Origin: Tubiluchus corallicola
Lineage: Eukaryota; Animalia; Priapulida
Reading direction: 5' to 3'
Length of the DNA: 60,814 nt
Assembly: GCA_030141605.1 (NCBI GenBank)
Contig: JAQGDQ010001125.1
Location: forward strand, 1 to 60,814
Of this stretch, positions 27,165 through 39,977 are shown piece by piece (the stretch's first letter is position 1; each line of letters opens with the position of its first letter). Both the position numbers and the translations under genes were made by a program. The notes beneath the pieces were generated by a model, which was not told the origin of the DNA, did not search any database, and saw nothing but the letters and a program-made list of their open reading frames with translations.

Positions 27165-28637
27165 ATGATGTCATCAAAGATATTATACCCAAGAAGTTCA
27201 CTAAGAAGGCAGTCGATGACAAAGGAAGAGTACCTTGATAGAGCTTTTGGCAGACAAGGAAGCGGTAGTGTCAATCATCAAGACAGTCACTACGGAAACT
27301 ACCTCACATTACCCGGCTCAATAACAGAGGGCTTCCAGCCCAGCTGTTACGATGCCAAAGCTGGTAGTAAAACATCAACGTATAGCAAACTATCATCAGA
27401 AAGAATAGTCATCAATGTCAGCGGCTTACGATATGAGACAAGACCAGAAACACTCTTACGTTTTCCAGACTCTATACTTGGTGATCCAGACAAACTTCAC
27501 GAGTTTTATGATCCAGAGAATAACGAATTTTACTTTGATCGCCACAGAACCAGTTTTGAATCTATCTTGTATTACTACCAAAGCAATGGTAAAATGATTA
27601 TGCCCTCAAATGTTCCTGTGCAAGTGCTTATACGTGAAATAAAATATTTTGAGCTTGGTGAAGAAGTTATGGAAAAATTTCGTTTTAAAGCGATGTTTAA
27701 GCAAGACGAACGAGTGATGCCTGAAAATAAACTACAGCGAAAACTCTGGCTTTTATTCGAGTACCCCGATAGTTCTTCCCAAGCCAGAATGATAGCTATT
27801 ATTTCTATGTTAGCAATTATTACATCTTTAATAGCTTTTATTATAGAAACACTGCCAAACATTCAAAGTCTTCACTCGCAAAATGCGACAGGTGATGTCT
27901 TCATTGACGAAATCGTTTATCCATTCAAAGATCCATTTTTTGTGATTGAAACTGTTTGCGTAACATGGTTTACGATTGAATTAGTGGTTCGATTTACTTC
28001 GTGCCCCCAAAAGTTAAAATTCTGTAGAAGCATACTGAATGCAATTGACCTTGCAGCGATCCTGCCATATTTTGTGACTGTACTTGTAGCTTTGTTTGGC
28101 AATGTAGCTGATATGGGTACTATGACACTGGGTGTGCTGCGTATTTTTCGACTAGCTCGTGTGTTTAGGGTGTTTAAAGTTTCGCGATATTACAAAGGCA
28201 TGGAAATAATTGGAATGACGTTACAAGCCAGTGTTCCGGAACTTGTGCTGCTCATGTTCTTCTTAGGCATTGGAACAATCTTATTTGGATCTAGCGTTTA
28301 CTTTATGGAAATATCAGATCCAGACACAAATTTTCTGAGCATCCCTCACTCATTTTGGTGGGCAATTGTCACCATGACAACGGTGGGTTACGGTGACCTA
28401 TATCCGAAAACAGGTGGAGGAAAGTTTATTGGCTCGTTGTGTGTTATCTCTGGTGTACTAACGATTGCCTTTTTAGTGCCGATTATTGTATCCAATTTTG
28501 ACAGATATTATCGTTATTATACTGACAAAGAGGAAGATGATGCAGAAGAGGCTCGACTAACAAAACAATTGCAACAGCAAGAAGAAGACGAACATTATAT
28601 GCTGGATGAGTTTGGAAACAACGACAACGAAAGCTGA
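27165..28637 (+). CDS. Voltage-gated potassium channel, Shaker/Kv1 (KCNA-like), single coding exon, 490 aa
   Basis: T1 domain (ERIVINVSGLRYET...YFDRHRTSFESILYYYQS), WLLFEYPDSS, S4 RIFRLARVFRVFKVSR, pore FWWAIVTMTTVGYGD, S6 GVLTIAFLVPIIVSNF; splice acceptor tttcag at 27141 suggests a 5'UTR intron. Confidence 0.97.
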   Translation: MMSSKILYPRSSLRRQSMTKEEYLDRAFGRQGSGSVNHQDSHYGNYLTLPGSITEGFQPSCYDAKAGSKTSTYSKLSSERIVINVSGLRYETRPETLLRFPDSILGDPDKLHEFYDPENNEFYFDRHRTSFESILYYYQSNGKMIMPSNVPVQVLIREIKYFELGEEVMEKFRFKAMFKQDERVMPENKLQRKLWLLFEYPDSSSQARMIAIISMLAIITSLIAFIIETLPNIQSLHSQNATGDVFIDEIVYPFKDPFFVIETVCVTWFTIELVVRFTSCPQKLKFCRSILNAIDLAAILPYFVTVLVALFGNVADMGTMTLGVLRIFRLARVFRVFKVSRYYKGMEIIGMTLQASVPELVLLMFFLGIGTILFGSSVYFMEISDPDTNFLSIPHSFWWAIVTMTTVGYGDLYPKTGGGKFIGSLCVISGVLTIAFLVPIIVSNFDRYYRYYTDKEEDDAEEARLTKQLQQQEEDEHYMLDEFGNNDNES

Positions 28638-29904
28638 TAACCGTTTTAGAACAGTTTATAACAAATTCGTAAATGTGTCATATTAAGCTTTCAAATTTCA
28701 AGCTGCCTGATTATTTTAGAAATGGCTATCTTTTGTGTTCATGAAGCCACACTATTCCTAAACTCCACATGCCCCTATGGGAGTTTACTAAATTGTTATA
28801 AGGCAGGTTTGAAAAGCAAAATATGTGCTTGGAATAACGGTGAGCAATCTTTTTTCAAGACAGACATCATGGTTGAGGTAATGGTACAAGCAGCACAACT
28901 ACATGTAATTAACTCGCTTGTTTTCGTTCATTGGATGATGCACGAACCGAATGTCCGTTACATGTTTGTACATGGTGCCAGCATATTATAGAAATTAAGG
29001 CAATATCCTTACAAATTGGTGCAATACTGTTTACTGTTTTGCTGGACCGAGATTGACAATATGATTGACAAGTGGAGGCAAGGGTATTTTCCACGCCTCG
29101 ATTCTAAATTCATAGAAAATTGCACTGGTCAATTATATGGAACAACTTGCAATTAGAGTCCAACATTTTTGTTGGTAGCTAAACGCAGTTAGCTGTGCAG
29201 TCTACAACTGCAATGGAGCTTCAGTTGCTCAAACACTGAATAATCGGTTATCTGAATGCAAGTTTGCGAAATCACAGTAACCGTAAGAACTCACTGTGGT
29301 ACAGTATAAGAAAGAATAGAAACTGCAAGATTTCTAATTTTTTGTATGTTTGATAGAATTATTTCATTACAGAGTCCGCGACTGCATGTAATTTAAGATC
29401 CATAGGTTTGACAAAAATTACATTGACGCTTTAGGCCAAATCAATGCGATTTATTACAGTATCGCTAATGGGTTGTCTGTCAATAACTAGAAATACACTG
29501 CCATGGTTAAAATTAAGAAAGTCAGATTTAGAATCCATCCAGCTATAAATGTTCCTAGTAACAGTGTTTTGGCTAAATGTTAAGTTCAACCAACAACATC
29601 GTAAGCACAAAATTGATTATAATTTAATCTGTAACAATTTATAACAGTACTTAAACCTACCTAAATCAGGTTAAAAATAGAGGGCTTAGAGCTGCTGAAA
29701 GGAGCTGTGTTTTTTCGGTGAGTCTAGGGAATTTTTGATGAAACCAGTGCAGATTTTAAGTACTCTAAGTTTCACTCATATATAACTACATTATGCTCAT
29801 CAAAATTGAAAATTAACTGTGAGAAAAGGTTTGTTACAATAAAGATTCTCAGTTATGGAAAAACATTTTATATAGTCTGGGTTGAGATTTCAGAGTCTAG
29901 CATT

Positions 29905-30452
29905 TCAGAGAGAATAGTCATCAATGTCAGCGGCTTTACGATATGAGACAAGACCAGAAACGCTCTTACGTTTTCCAGACTCTATACTAGGTGATCCAGA
30001 CAAACTTCACGAGTTTTATGATCCAGAGAATAACGAATTTTACTTTGATCGCCACAGAACCAGTTTTGAATCTATCTTGTATTACTACCAAAGCAATGGT
30101 AAAATTATTATGCCCTCAAATGTTCCTGTACAAGTGCTTATACGTGAAATAAAATATCTTGAGCTTGGTGAAGAAGTTATGGAAAAATTTCGTTTTAAAG
30201 TGATGTTTAAGCAAGATGAACGAGTGATGCCTGAAAATAAACTACAGCGAAAACTCTGGCTTTTATTCGAGTACCCCGATAGTTCTTCCCAAGCCAGAAT
30301 GATAGCTATTATTTCTATGTTAGCAATTATTACATCTTTAATAGCTTTTATTATAGAAACACTGCCAAACATTCAAAGTCTTCACTCGCAAAATGTGACA
30401 GGTGATGTCTTCGTTGACGAAATCGTTAATCCATTCAAAGATCCATTTTTTG
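29905..30452 (+). pseudogene. Partial duplicate of the Kv1 gene (T1 + S1)
   Basis: Near-identical to about 27396-27942, with about 11 substitutions and a 1-bp insertion (ggctttacg vs ggcttacg); homology stops at KDPFF. Confidence 0.92.
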
Positions 30453-32694
30453 AGATGCTAGGTTCAATAGATTGTTTGTTGTTGTTTTGTTCCATTGTTT
30501 ACTAGATGGTTCTTTATGGCTTTTTGTGCAATAAACAGCTTTTTGTTTTCTAAAAGTATAATCTTAAAGCATACGGTACTCTTTGTGTTCATATTTTATA
30601 CAGATATGTTACCGAAGCTGAAATTACAAACCCAAACCAAAATTTATGAAACAAGGAAACTGATACCAAAACAAAACCGATCCGAAAACATTTTTGCAAA
30701 ACCAACTACTACCAAAACTGAAAAACATTCTGAAATGAATAAAATACTTTGTTTTGGCCCATTTGCGTTTACTAGCTTGATTACAAGCCCTAGGGCAAAA
30801 AATTTAAACCAAAAAAGTAGAACAATGTTTTTGGTTAAATCTATATACGAAAGATCATGACTCTTCCAAAAAACTGACAAATTTTATTTTGTAAATATTT
30901 TGATGCCTATATTTCATTAATTATAAAATAAAACTTGGTTCTATTCAAATTACGCTTTTATATTTCGGTTGATTGCGCTTGGAGACCTTAAAACTTCACA
31001 GTCGCCAAGACTCGTCAGTACTGAGGATATGCTGCTTTGCTGTAAAAAGTATAAAAAGTTAAATAAACGATATTTACGCTTTATTTGAACTATTTTAGCC
31101 AAAAATTTTCAACGTGTAGAGATTTTTAACGTATAGGAGAAAAAAGGTAAGCTGGATAAATTCTACCAAAAAATCCAAAACATTGGAAAAACGCTACCGA
31201 AAGTTTTGGCTATGAAAATTAATAATTTTCAATGAAAATGCAACTGAAGAGAAAGTAAAATTATCGACAAACGGAAAAGAAATTTTTGTTTCGATAACAT
31301 CCTTCATTTTATTACAAATTCTGAGAACTTCTAACTATCAGCTGAAGAATTTAGATGGTGGCCCCGTCCAGAGTACGAAAACAGTACCGATTAGTGATTA
31401 ATGTGCTGGTAGTTTTTATTTTCAAGTAATTTCTTTCTCTCGTCATAACAGGAAATCAACACATCTGTTTTACAAATCCATAAAATAATCACATAAAATT
31501 GCCTGGCATTCTGCTTGACTGTCTTAAGTAGTCGATACAGTCAGGTATCACGATGGCTCCGACGTACTGATACAATTTTACTAAAGTTACTGTACATGCT
31601 AGCAAAATGAGAACAACAACGAAAAATTATTGCAGATTTCATTATCGCACTTTACTTTAGTATCCGGATTAAAGCAATATGGCAAAAAATGATAGCAAAT
31701 GAGAATAACATGGTGATAATAATTAATTAAGCGGAAGAGAATGAATAGCATTTAAATTGCTGGGTTTAGTGTACTATAAGAATTTTCAATATATATTAAT
31801 GTGTACATATATATGTGTACTCCGGATTACTGTTTAGCATTTGTTCAGCAAAAGTTTTGGTTCATAATAATCTTAAAGGCTATTCATTTTTAGCATCTAC
31901 AGTGGCGGCTCATAAATAAAATTACTGGAGTTGCTGTTTCAGAAAATTTTAAGCCATGGTTTTAATGCTGTGTAAAACATAACAAACATGTGTAATTTTA
32001 ATGCAGTAATTTGTAATTGTAATTTTAAACAAACTGACATACGAAAACTTACACATAAACTTAACAAAATCCTAAAGCAAATTTTTTTTGCTTACGAATA
32101 GCCTAAATTGCCGCAGTTCAAGAATAAGCCAGTACACGGTTTTTAAGCATTCGACAACTGACACGAAACTGTGTGAGCAACATTACTTTCTCTACCTAGC
32201 AGCAGATGCTAGCAGTGCCGCATACAGTGTGTTATCTCAGACACATGCACCATGGCCGCATAAGCACAACCGCTAAACACACCACTGTGCTGGGCTGTAA
32301 ACAAACAGTACTACCTTCACGTGCTCTGGTTACGTACAAGTATAAACAAAGAACTAAAGAAAAAAGATTTATTATGTTGAATATTAATGGTAATACTGAG
32401 TGAAAACAGGGAGTGCTGCAGTTCCACAGTACCTCCACACGAGCCGTCACTGCACTTCAGTTCTGACTTACCAGTGTCAATCTTAGACCTGACATGATCA
32501 AATCCTCGGCGATCTGGAACTCGTTTGTCCAGGTACTACAAAAAATAATTTGAAACACAAAAATCAGTATGCACTTCTGCAGTTGTAACAATAAAATTTC
32601 ATGCAATGTCGATGTTACAAATTCAGAACACATTAAAAAAGGTGGAGTCGAATGACTTTTTGCGGATAAAGCAAGTCCACAGGTGTAATAACTA

Positions 32695-32780
32695 CAGTCA
32701 AGCTCCGATATAAAGGACACCTCGGGACCGGAAGAAACATCCCTTATATCGAATGTCCCTTATAGCCGAAGTTGAGTCAG
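32695..32780. mobile_element. pogo/Tigger-like terminal fragment
   Basis: TA|CAGTCAAGCTCCGATATAAAGGACAC...; no partner end seen. Confidence 0.45.
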
Positions 32781-34204
32781 ACCGAGGGTTTATCTAGACC
32801 TGTACTTTTCTGTGCTTTAACACATATTTCTATGGATTATTGCTGCACATTCAGTGCAAACGGTATGTAGGAAGCTCCTTCAGTGATGCGTGATGTATGT
32901 GACTGCAGAGTTGTCTGAATCTGCATACATATTTTTATTGTAATGTAAAATTAATGACCAACAGATAGATAACAAAACAAATATGTAAACATAAATCAGT
33001 AAGTTATTACAGCTTACAGCATGGACAGCGGTTAAGCATAAATGGCCGCTTTTTACCCTTCTCTGGAAGATCTATTTATTTTAAGTTTTCTAGTAGGTGG
33101 TGGCGCTAACGATACTAATCGGAAGATAGTACCAGTGTGTTCTTCTTTGTACAATCAATAGTGTCAGGTTCCCTAAAAAATCTAACCGTCTTATTGCCAT
33201 TGTGGAAGTTTAGGATCAATGTATTTCTCCGGATGATTAAGTATCAGTTGGTATAACCACAATTGGTAGAAGTGAGGATTCAATGATTCAATTACTGGTT
33301 GAGTCAGACTAGCTGGTATGTTTCTACAAGTAAACATGCAGAGTTACTGAAAGTAACATGCACGTAATAATAAATGGTACCAGTATGGAAATGGTTTTAT
33401 CCCTTGACTGATGTTATTATTTTAATTGTAAACTAAATCTACAGATAAGAAACTAGCATAAAAGGGAAATGGGTAAAGGATGTTGGCATTAATTTACTTA
33501 CGTTTGTTTGAGTTTCTTTGCGTTTACAAGAGTAACAAGACATTTCACAAAATTTCGTGAACTGAAACAGTAATAGTATTAGTCATCTTTGTAAATAGTT
33601 TTTTCTTGAACAACTAAGTCTTTTACGACACACTATTTATCTGCAACATTTGTGCTTAATGCGAATTATAGCTATAGGTAAATTTCAACTTGAACACGAA
33701 GGCACAGTGGCACACATGTCGTTGGCTAAATTAATACAAATAAAACACTAGACTGAACAAACGGCTGAGACTGTTAAGACTTAAGCAGAAGAGGCAACGC
33801 AAACTTCAGACCCAATTATCTCTAAATGATAAAATAGCTGGTCATTCCTCATGAAGATGTACCGATCACGATTTAACAGAATTTTCAGACTGCTCTTTCG
33901 AAATAACATTAAAACTCCACGGTAAGCCTTGCCGACTAGACGTGTATAATTAATTAACAAGAACTTGTAAGAAACTCGCGCCGCTAACCGTTTGTTATTC
34001 TCTATTTACCCTCTTAACAGAAAGTTTTTGAAAATAACATAAAAATACCAAACAACTGTATAAATGATCCATTAAAAAGGTTTGAATAAAAAATAAAATC
34101 AAAAAACTATTGAGATACAAAAAACGTTTTATTGGCAATTATTTTCAACCTAAAAATTTTGTTTTATTTATTTCGCAATGCCTTTTTAAGAAAGGTGTGT
34201 AAAT

Positions 34205-34345
34205 CACGTGCTGCAAGCTGACACATTTACACACTGCAGCTGACACGTGAATTCTGTCTCTCTTAGTAGTCACATCATTTGTTAGTGCTATGTTGATTAT
34301 GTTATTGAGGCAAATAAAATCATTCTGTCTGTACACACGCACGTG
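34205..34345 (+). promoter_or_regulatory. Cluster of three CACGTG E-boxes upstream of the MEST-like ATG
   Basis: CACGTG at 34205, 34244 and 34340 in an otherwise AT-rich region. Confidence 0.4.
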
Positions 34346-34457
34346 ACACGTTAAAAAACTTTAATTGCCTTTAAAGGTTTTCATGTTTAGTGTTTACTTT
34401 AAAAACTTTTGTAATTTGGAGTTTTGATTTGACGTTCATGGTTCAAAACTCAAAAGA

Positions 34458-34602
34458 ATGGGAAGGCTGCCAGCCCTACTTTTATTTGCTTTTGTTTTAA
34501 TTTACCTTAAGTGGCCACCACCCAGAATGTCCCAGTCATTAACGATTTGGAAAAAGTCTGGACAATACTTCACGTACTTTGGCAACTCAATATTCTATAA
34601 AG
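34458..34602 (+). CDS. MEST: MEST-like alpha/beta hydrolase, coding exon 1
   Basis: MGRLPALLLFAFVLIYLKWPPPRMSQSLTIWKKSGQYFTYFGNSIFYK resembles MEST WKSSGKFFTYKGLRIFYQ; donor G|gtaggt, phase 1. Confidence 0.88.
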
Positions 34603-35310
34603 GTAGGTTAGGTTCCTTCGACAATACGATTAGATGCTACTCGCAGTACGATAGTTGGTTTCATTAATTTAGACAAAGCCTTGTTTACAGTCGCTGGAAC
34701 AACACATTACTGACAGCCATATAGGCTACCATTAACGACTCTTAACAGATACAACAACACTTGGACGTCACAAATAAATAACACAGATAACAACTGTTTA
34801 CGCAAATACAGGTGGTCGTAAGATTCTAACTCTGGGTGTAAGCAGAGTATCACCCACAGCGTGTTAACCATTTGGCCGCCCATGTTTGACGGAGCTTTAT
34901 TCACAGTATCAAGAAACTTTTTGTGAACTGGACACTTATTATTTCATCGTAACATCCCCTGCTTGAGCGTGCGTGGGACTCCTTTTTGCATGGGACCCAA
35001 TTTGAACAAATCTGTCTAATTGGCCTAAAACCGGCCCTGGATGTTTGTAAATCTGAACATTTATGTTGAAATGCACTTCACACCAAACTGTTCAAAATGA
35101 AAACGCTTTAGCCCACCCATAAACCCCGCTCTTAGAGATGCACAAGAATAATTTGATATGCATATCGTTAATATTGTCAGCTTTATTTTCCATGGTTCTT
35201 GGCACAAGTGACAAGTGCTTTGATTACCCAGTGACAGAGTGTCAGCTATTTGTTTTCACATTATGTTTGTAACAAAAAATATAGCGGCAGTTGATGATTG
35301 AACAGCTGTT

Positions 35311-35822
35311 CACAAAAAGTTTTTGAGAATAGGAAGATTTCTTTGGAAACAAAAATTAGAATGTTCTCAGCCTTAGTTGAAACTGTATTTCTGTACAACT
35401 CTGAGCTCTGGACATTAAAAGCAAATCATAAAGCTGAAATCGATGTGTTTCAAAGGCGAAATTACAGAAACATTTTGGGTATTAGACGGCCAAAGAAAAT
35501 TTCAAACAAAGATCTATATGAAAAAATAAAAGAAGAACCTTGGACAAGAAAAATAAAAATACGCCGTTTAAGATGGATTGGGCATATGCTTAGATTACCT
35601 GATGATATTCCAGTGAAGATAGCTCTTCAACAAGCCGTAGAACCAGCTAAAAAACCTGCAGGAGGACACATGTTAACATATTTAGATTTTGCACAGAAAG
35701 ATTTAAACACTTTAGCATTGATCCTTAGAAATAAATCCACTTGGGGCATTGCAGCGTGTAGGGAGTCCTGGCATAGAGAGGTGAGCAGAATCATGTCCCT
35801 GGACGTGTGATTCATTAGATGA
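35311..35822 (+). mobile_element. 5'-truncated non-LTR retrotransposon (RTE-like ORF2 C-terminus) in MEST intron 1
   Basis: FLYNSELWTL...RRLRWIGHMLRLP; flanked by 12-bp TSD TGAACAGCTGTT (35299-35310, 35823-35834). Confidence 0.88.
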
Positions 35823-36776
35823 TGAACAGCTGTTAGACATAGGCATAGACAAGCTCACTGATCTCTTCTAATGCACAAAATACATGACTATTTAAACATG
35901 TGAAATTTACACAAAAGTAAAAGGAAGAGAATATATATAGTAAGAAGGAATTAAGTGGGTACAAGATAAAGGGTAGCGAAATTCCATCAGGTCATGGAGT
36001 CAGCTACCCTTCTTAAATTAATAAAACAAAAACTATATGCGCTACAAAATCACTAGAAACAAAACTACAAATTAGATATAAGAAAAAACAATAATTATCA
36101 ACAACAAAAAACAGTGATATAGTTAAAGGTCAAAAGGTACAATAAATACTGAATAGTTAGTCTAAATAACAATAGTAAATGTAATCTACAAGCTGTTGCA
36201 AGCTGCTGCCATCTAGTGCTAGTTATGCAAAGCTCATGCTAGCTGACGTGTACTGTAACATATTTTCTTGGCCCATACCTTGGGGGCATACCTGCACCAT
36301 TTCCCATCTACTACTGCAATAGGTATGCTGTCTGTACTAGTTTCTGGTTTTGCTGTAAGCAAGTTATAGGCAGGAACTGTTGCTGCTCTTGTGTGTGGAA
36401 ATTATAATCTTTCTGCTGGTATTGTAAAACTTGATTTGTTATATGAGGCGTATGCAAAAACAGCAATTTTCTGTAGACTTTTTTATTGTTTTCTCTACAT
36501 TACATACACTACAGTATTAAGTGCAAACTTTATTGGTGTTATATGCTGCCGCATATTTGCCTGAATAACTGGTTCTCTGCCAGCATGGAAGTTGGTTTAC
36601 CTGCATGACCATCAGTCAGTCTGCTAGTGCATCCCATATCATATATCATGACTTTTTCCTCAACTGAACCAAAGCCTAGCCGTTTAGGCATGCTATGCAG
36701 GCATCAGTCAACCAGACTGCAATATTCCATACCAAGCTGTCTGAAAATACTAATTTCGTTCATTTTTCTTACACAG

Positions 36777-36850
36777 ACAGTCAAGGGGATGCTAACAATG
36801 TCTTGGTTTTTCTCCATGGATTTCCGACTATGAGTTTTGACTGGAGTAAG
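36777..36850 (+). CDS. MEST: MEST-like exon 2
   Basis: ag|(D)SQGDANNVLVFLHGFPTMSFDWSK|gtacgt; HGFP oxyanion motif; phases are compatible. Confidence 0.92.
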
Positions 36851-38116
36851 GTACGTAAATGGAAAGTACAAAAGTAGTGCCTTATAATGTGTTAGGACAG
36901 TTTTTCTTGAAGGATCACCTCCTTGTTCCTATAGTGCTATTTTTCTTGAGCAGTGGATGGCGCCACGTGTTTTAGATAACTTGTCACAGTGTTTAAAACA
37001 GCATTTATGATGCATGGTTGTCAAGGTTGGTTTAGGGCTTTTGTCTTGATTGTCACCATCGTTGAAAAGCCTGCTTCACACAGCAAAACATTCACTGAAA
37101 GCTTTACAGTGGACAGTGGTCAAGAGCTCGACCGTAAACCATGAATTGTTCGCGCAGTCGACAGAGATGTCTGAATCATCCGCTGATTATTATATAACAC
37201 TACTTTTTTATAATTGTCTAAGAGGTTCTCAGGTACTCCTTGTCGTGTTTGCTGGTACCCCCAAGAGGTTTGGAACAGAGGCCATAGATACTAATTATTA
37301 TTATTATTATGAGTTTATTTCGTATAAAAATATACAGTTTACAAAGATAAAGATGTTAGTAAAACAGGTAATGCGATATTTGTAAAGTAACATATCTACA
37401 GACATTCAACTTTATAATAACCACACATTGTAGTTCCCTTGTAATTATATTACATTATACAGTGTTGTAAGGAGCTATAATAGATATCTTAAAACATCTT
37501 TAAATGAGTTCTTACCCTTTAATTTTACATTTTCATTTAGATCTACAGTACAACCATATTTAAATCTTAAATTTACTTGACTGTTATTTACATAGTAGCA
37601 TAGCTTTGGAATTCTCAATGTGCAAGAGTTTACAATGTACAAGAGATTACAATATAATAAGGTTGTAGTTCTAGATTCATCCAGGTAATTTAGAAAACTG
37701 TCTATAAAGCGATGCTGTATACATGAAAAACAATGGATGCATTTTAAACAATCAGAGGGTCTAGAATATTTATCATATAATGTTCGTGGTGTTCCAGTTT
37801 TTACATAATAATTAGGTTGGGATAACCTGAATTAATTGCTAGGAATTAGTTATATAAATTATGCTAAATATCAGTTTTCTTTGTAGTCTATTGTCGTTGA
37901 GATTCTGAAGTCTAATTTTAAATTGTAAAATTCAAAATTATAACTTGGATTAATTATACTGATGTAATCAATCCATTACATAATTGGCACCAAAGTGTCT
38001 GTATTTGAATAAAAACTGTCCATTGGCCCATTCATATCTATCTGCGTAGTATTTCATAAAAAATGGACGCCCAGTCGGTTCAAGGATAAATCTTCAATTA
38101 TTAGGTTTATTTTCAG

Positions 38117-38200
38117 GTTTGGGATGATGTAAGTTCTCGTGGAATGTTTAGCCGCCTCATTGCCGTGGATTTCATAGGATTTGGCTTCAGCGACAAACCA
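38117..38200 (+). CDS. MEST: MEST-like exon 3
   Basis: tttcag|VWDDVSSRGMFSRLIAVDFIGFGFSDKP|gtaaga. Confidence 0.93.
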
Positions 38201-39977
38201 GTAAGATAATTGCACTGGGTCACTCACTGTATTACTCACACAAAATGATACCAGTATGTGGTATTACTCACACAAAGTATAAATTTCTGTTCCAGAAATA
38301 ATGATTGGATAAGAAAGTTACAATATTTAATATGATTAGTGTAATTTCGTTAGCACTGCTGCAAATGTGCCGACACATTATATATTAGTATGTGTATGAA
38401 TTTCTATACGCAAAAATTATTGAATATGTATACTGGTAATACAATTTCTGCGTATCTTGGTCATGAAAAATCAATATTTGGTCAGGGAAAAGTCATGGAA
38501 ATTACTTTAAAATTCTGTGGGAACCCTGTGAATGATATTTCATTTGTTTATCGTTTTGCTCACCTGGCGGCATCGCTGAATAATTTTAAGTAGAAACACC
38601 GCAAATGTTTTTTTAAAGTCGTACTGTAAATTTGAACACTTGAGCTGCACTTCTATTCTTTATTACATTTACCGCCTATAGCATAATCTCTGTTTCTTGG
38701 TTTTACACTAAAAAGCTGTCAAACTATGCTTTTGCTGGAAGTAGTTGGTACTAAATTTTTAGCAAGCATTATTGCCGCTATCTTTACACGCTTCTTGCTG
38801 CAAGGAACCACAGCATGAAGATTGCTGACATCGCTTGCAGTATAAGCATGGCAGTATGAAAAATTAAGAGATACTTTATGTAAATTTCTGAAGATTTTAT
38901 TAGAAATCCTAAAAATTAAGACTATTCGGGTACTTAACTGTTTTGTATATTCTTTTCTTATCCAGACAAATTTTTTTCACATTCTGCACACAATCTGTAG
39001 TTTTACACATGGAAAAATATGAATGCAAATATTACAGGGTTTTCGCCACCCTTTTCCCGTTGTCCATTTGTATTCCTTGTTAAATGTAAATTGATGGGAA
39101 AAATAAATTAAAATCTGTTCTAGTCTAAAATCCAATGAACATTTCTGAATCGGATCCATTAAAATTACCGGATTGAGGGATCGAGAACCAAATCCGGCCC
39201 ATCTCTAGGTCTAGTAGGAAATAGAGCTAGGTTTTTGTTTCTGTTAAATACTGCACTATATTTTTTCACATTTTTACTAAAAAGGAGGAAATGAAAGAGT
39301 CAACTAACGTGCTGACTTGCATTTTTCACTGGTACGATGTTGTGAAAAATGCTCTTTTTTCAGAAGTTTGTGGGAGAGACATCAGCCTGGGTTTTAATTA
39401 GATTAGAATTCAAACAAATGCGTGGGAATATATATAATCTAAAATGTTTTTATAGAAAAAGGTTTACAACGCTTACGTCTACGAGTTGTTAATTAAAATG
39501 TTTTTCTGCTATTGAAATATGTAATGTGGATTAATTTGTAACTTTATAAGAGAAACCGCACAACTATTTGATTAAAAGAGTGGCCACCCAAATTATAATT
39601 TATTGCAACTTACATGATTTGGCGCATTTACATTGTTACTTTCTAGCACAGCAGGACAACCAATCAATTATTCACATTATCACATAGTTAATACAATAAG
39701 CACTAATCCTAGATATATAACGCGCAAATCAGTACATAACTATAAAAAAACTGTTGAAAAGAGGAAAAAAAATAACCTAACGAATTAGGCGGATCATATG
39801 GCGTTTGCTTATAGGAATAGCAAGCGTCAAATGGTCCCTGTACAAAGGTGACGAAGGAATTTATAACTTTAGAATGAAGCCCGTATAAATAATTCAAGGT
39901 TAACCTAATTGAACGACTCTAGGTAGATTTGCAAAGGTTGTAGGAACCGGAATAAACTAGTTTGCAATACTGTAAAC

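Noticed and set aside
27415-28102. Overlapping and antisense ORFs in the Kv gene
   Set aside because: Shadow frames of the real CDS.
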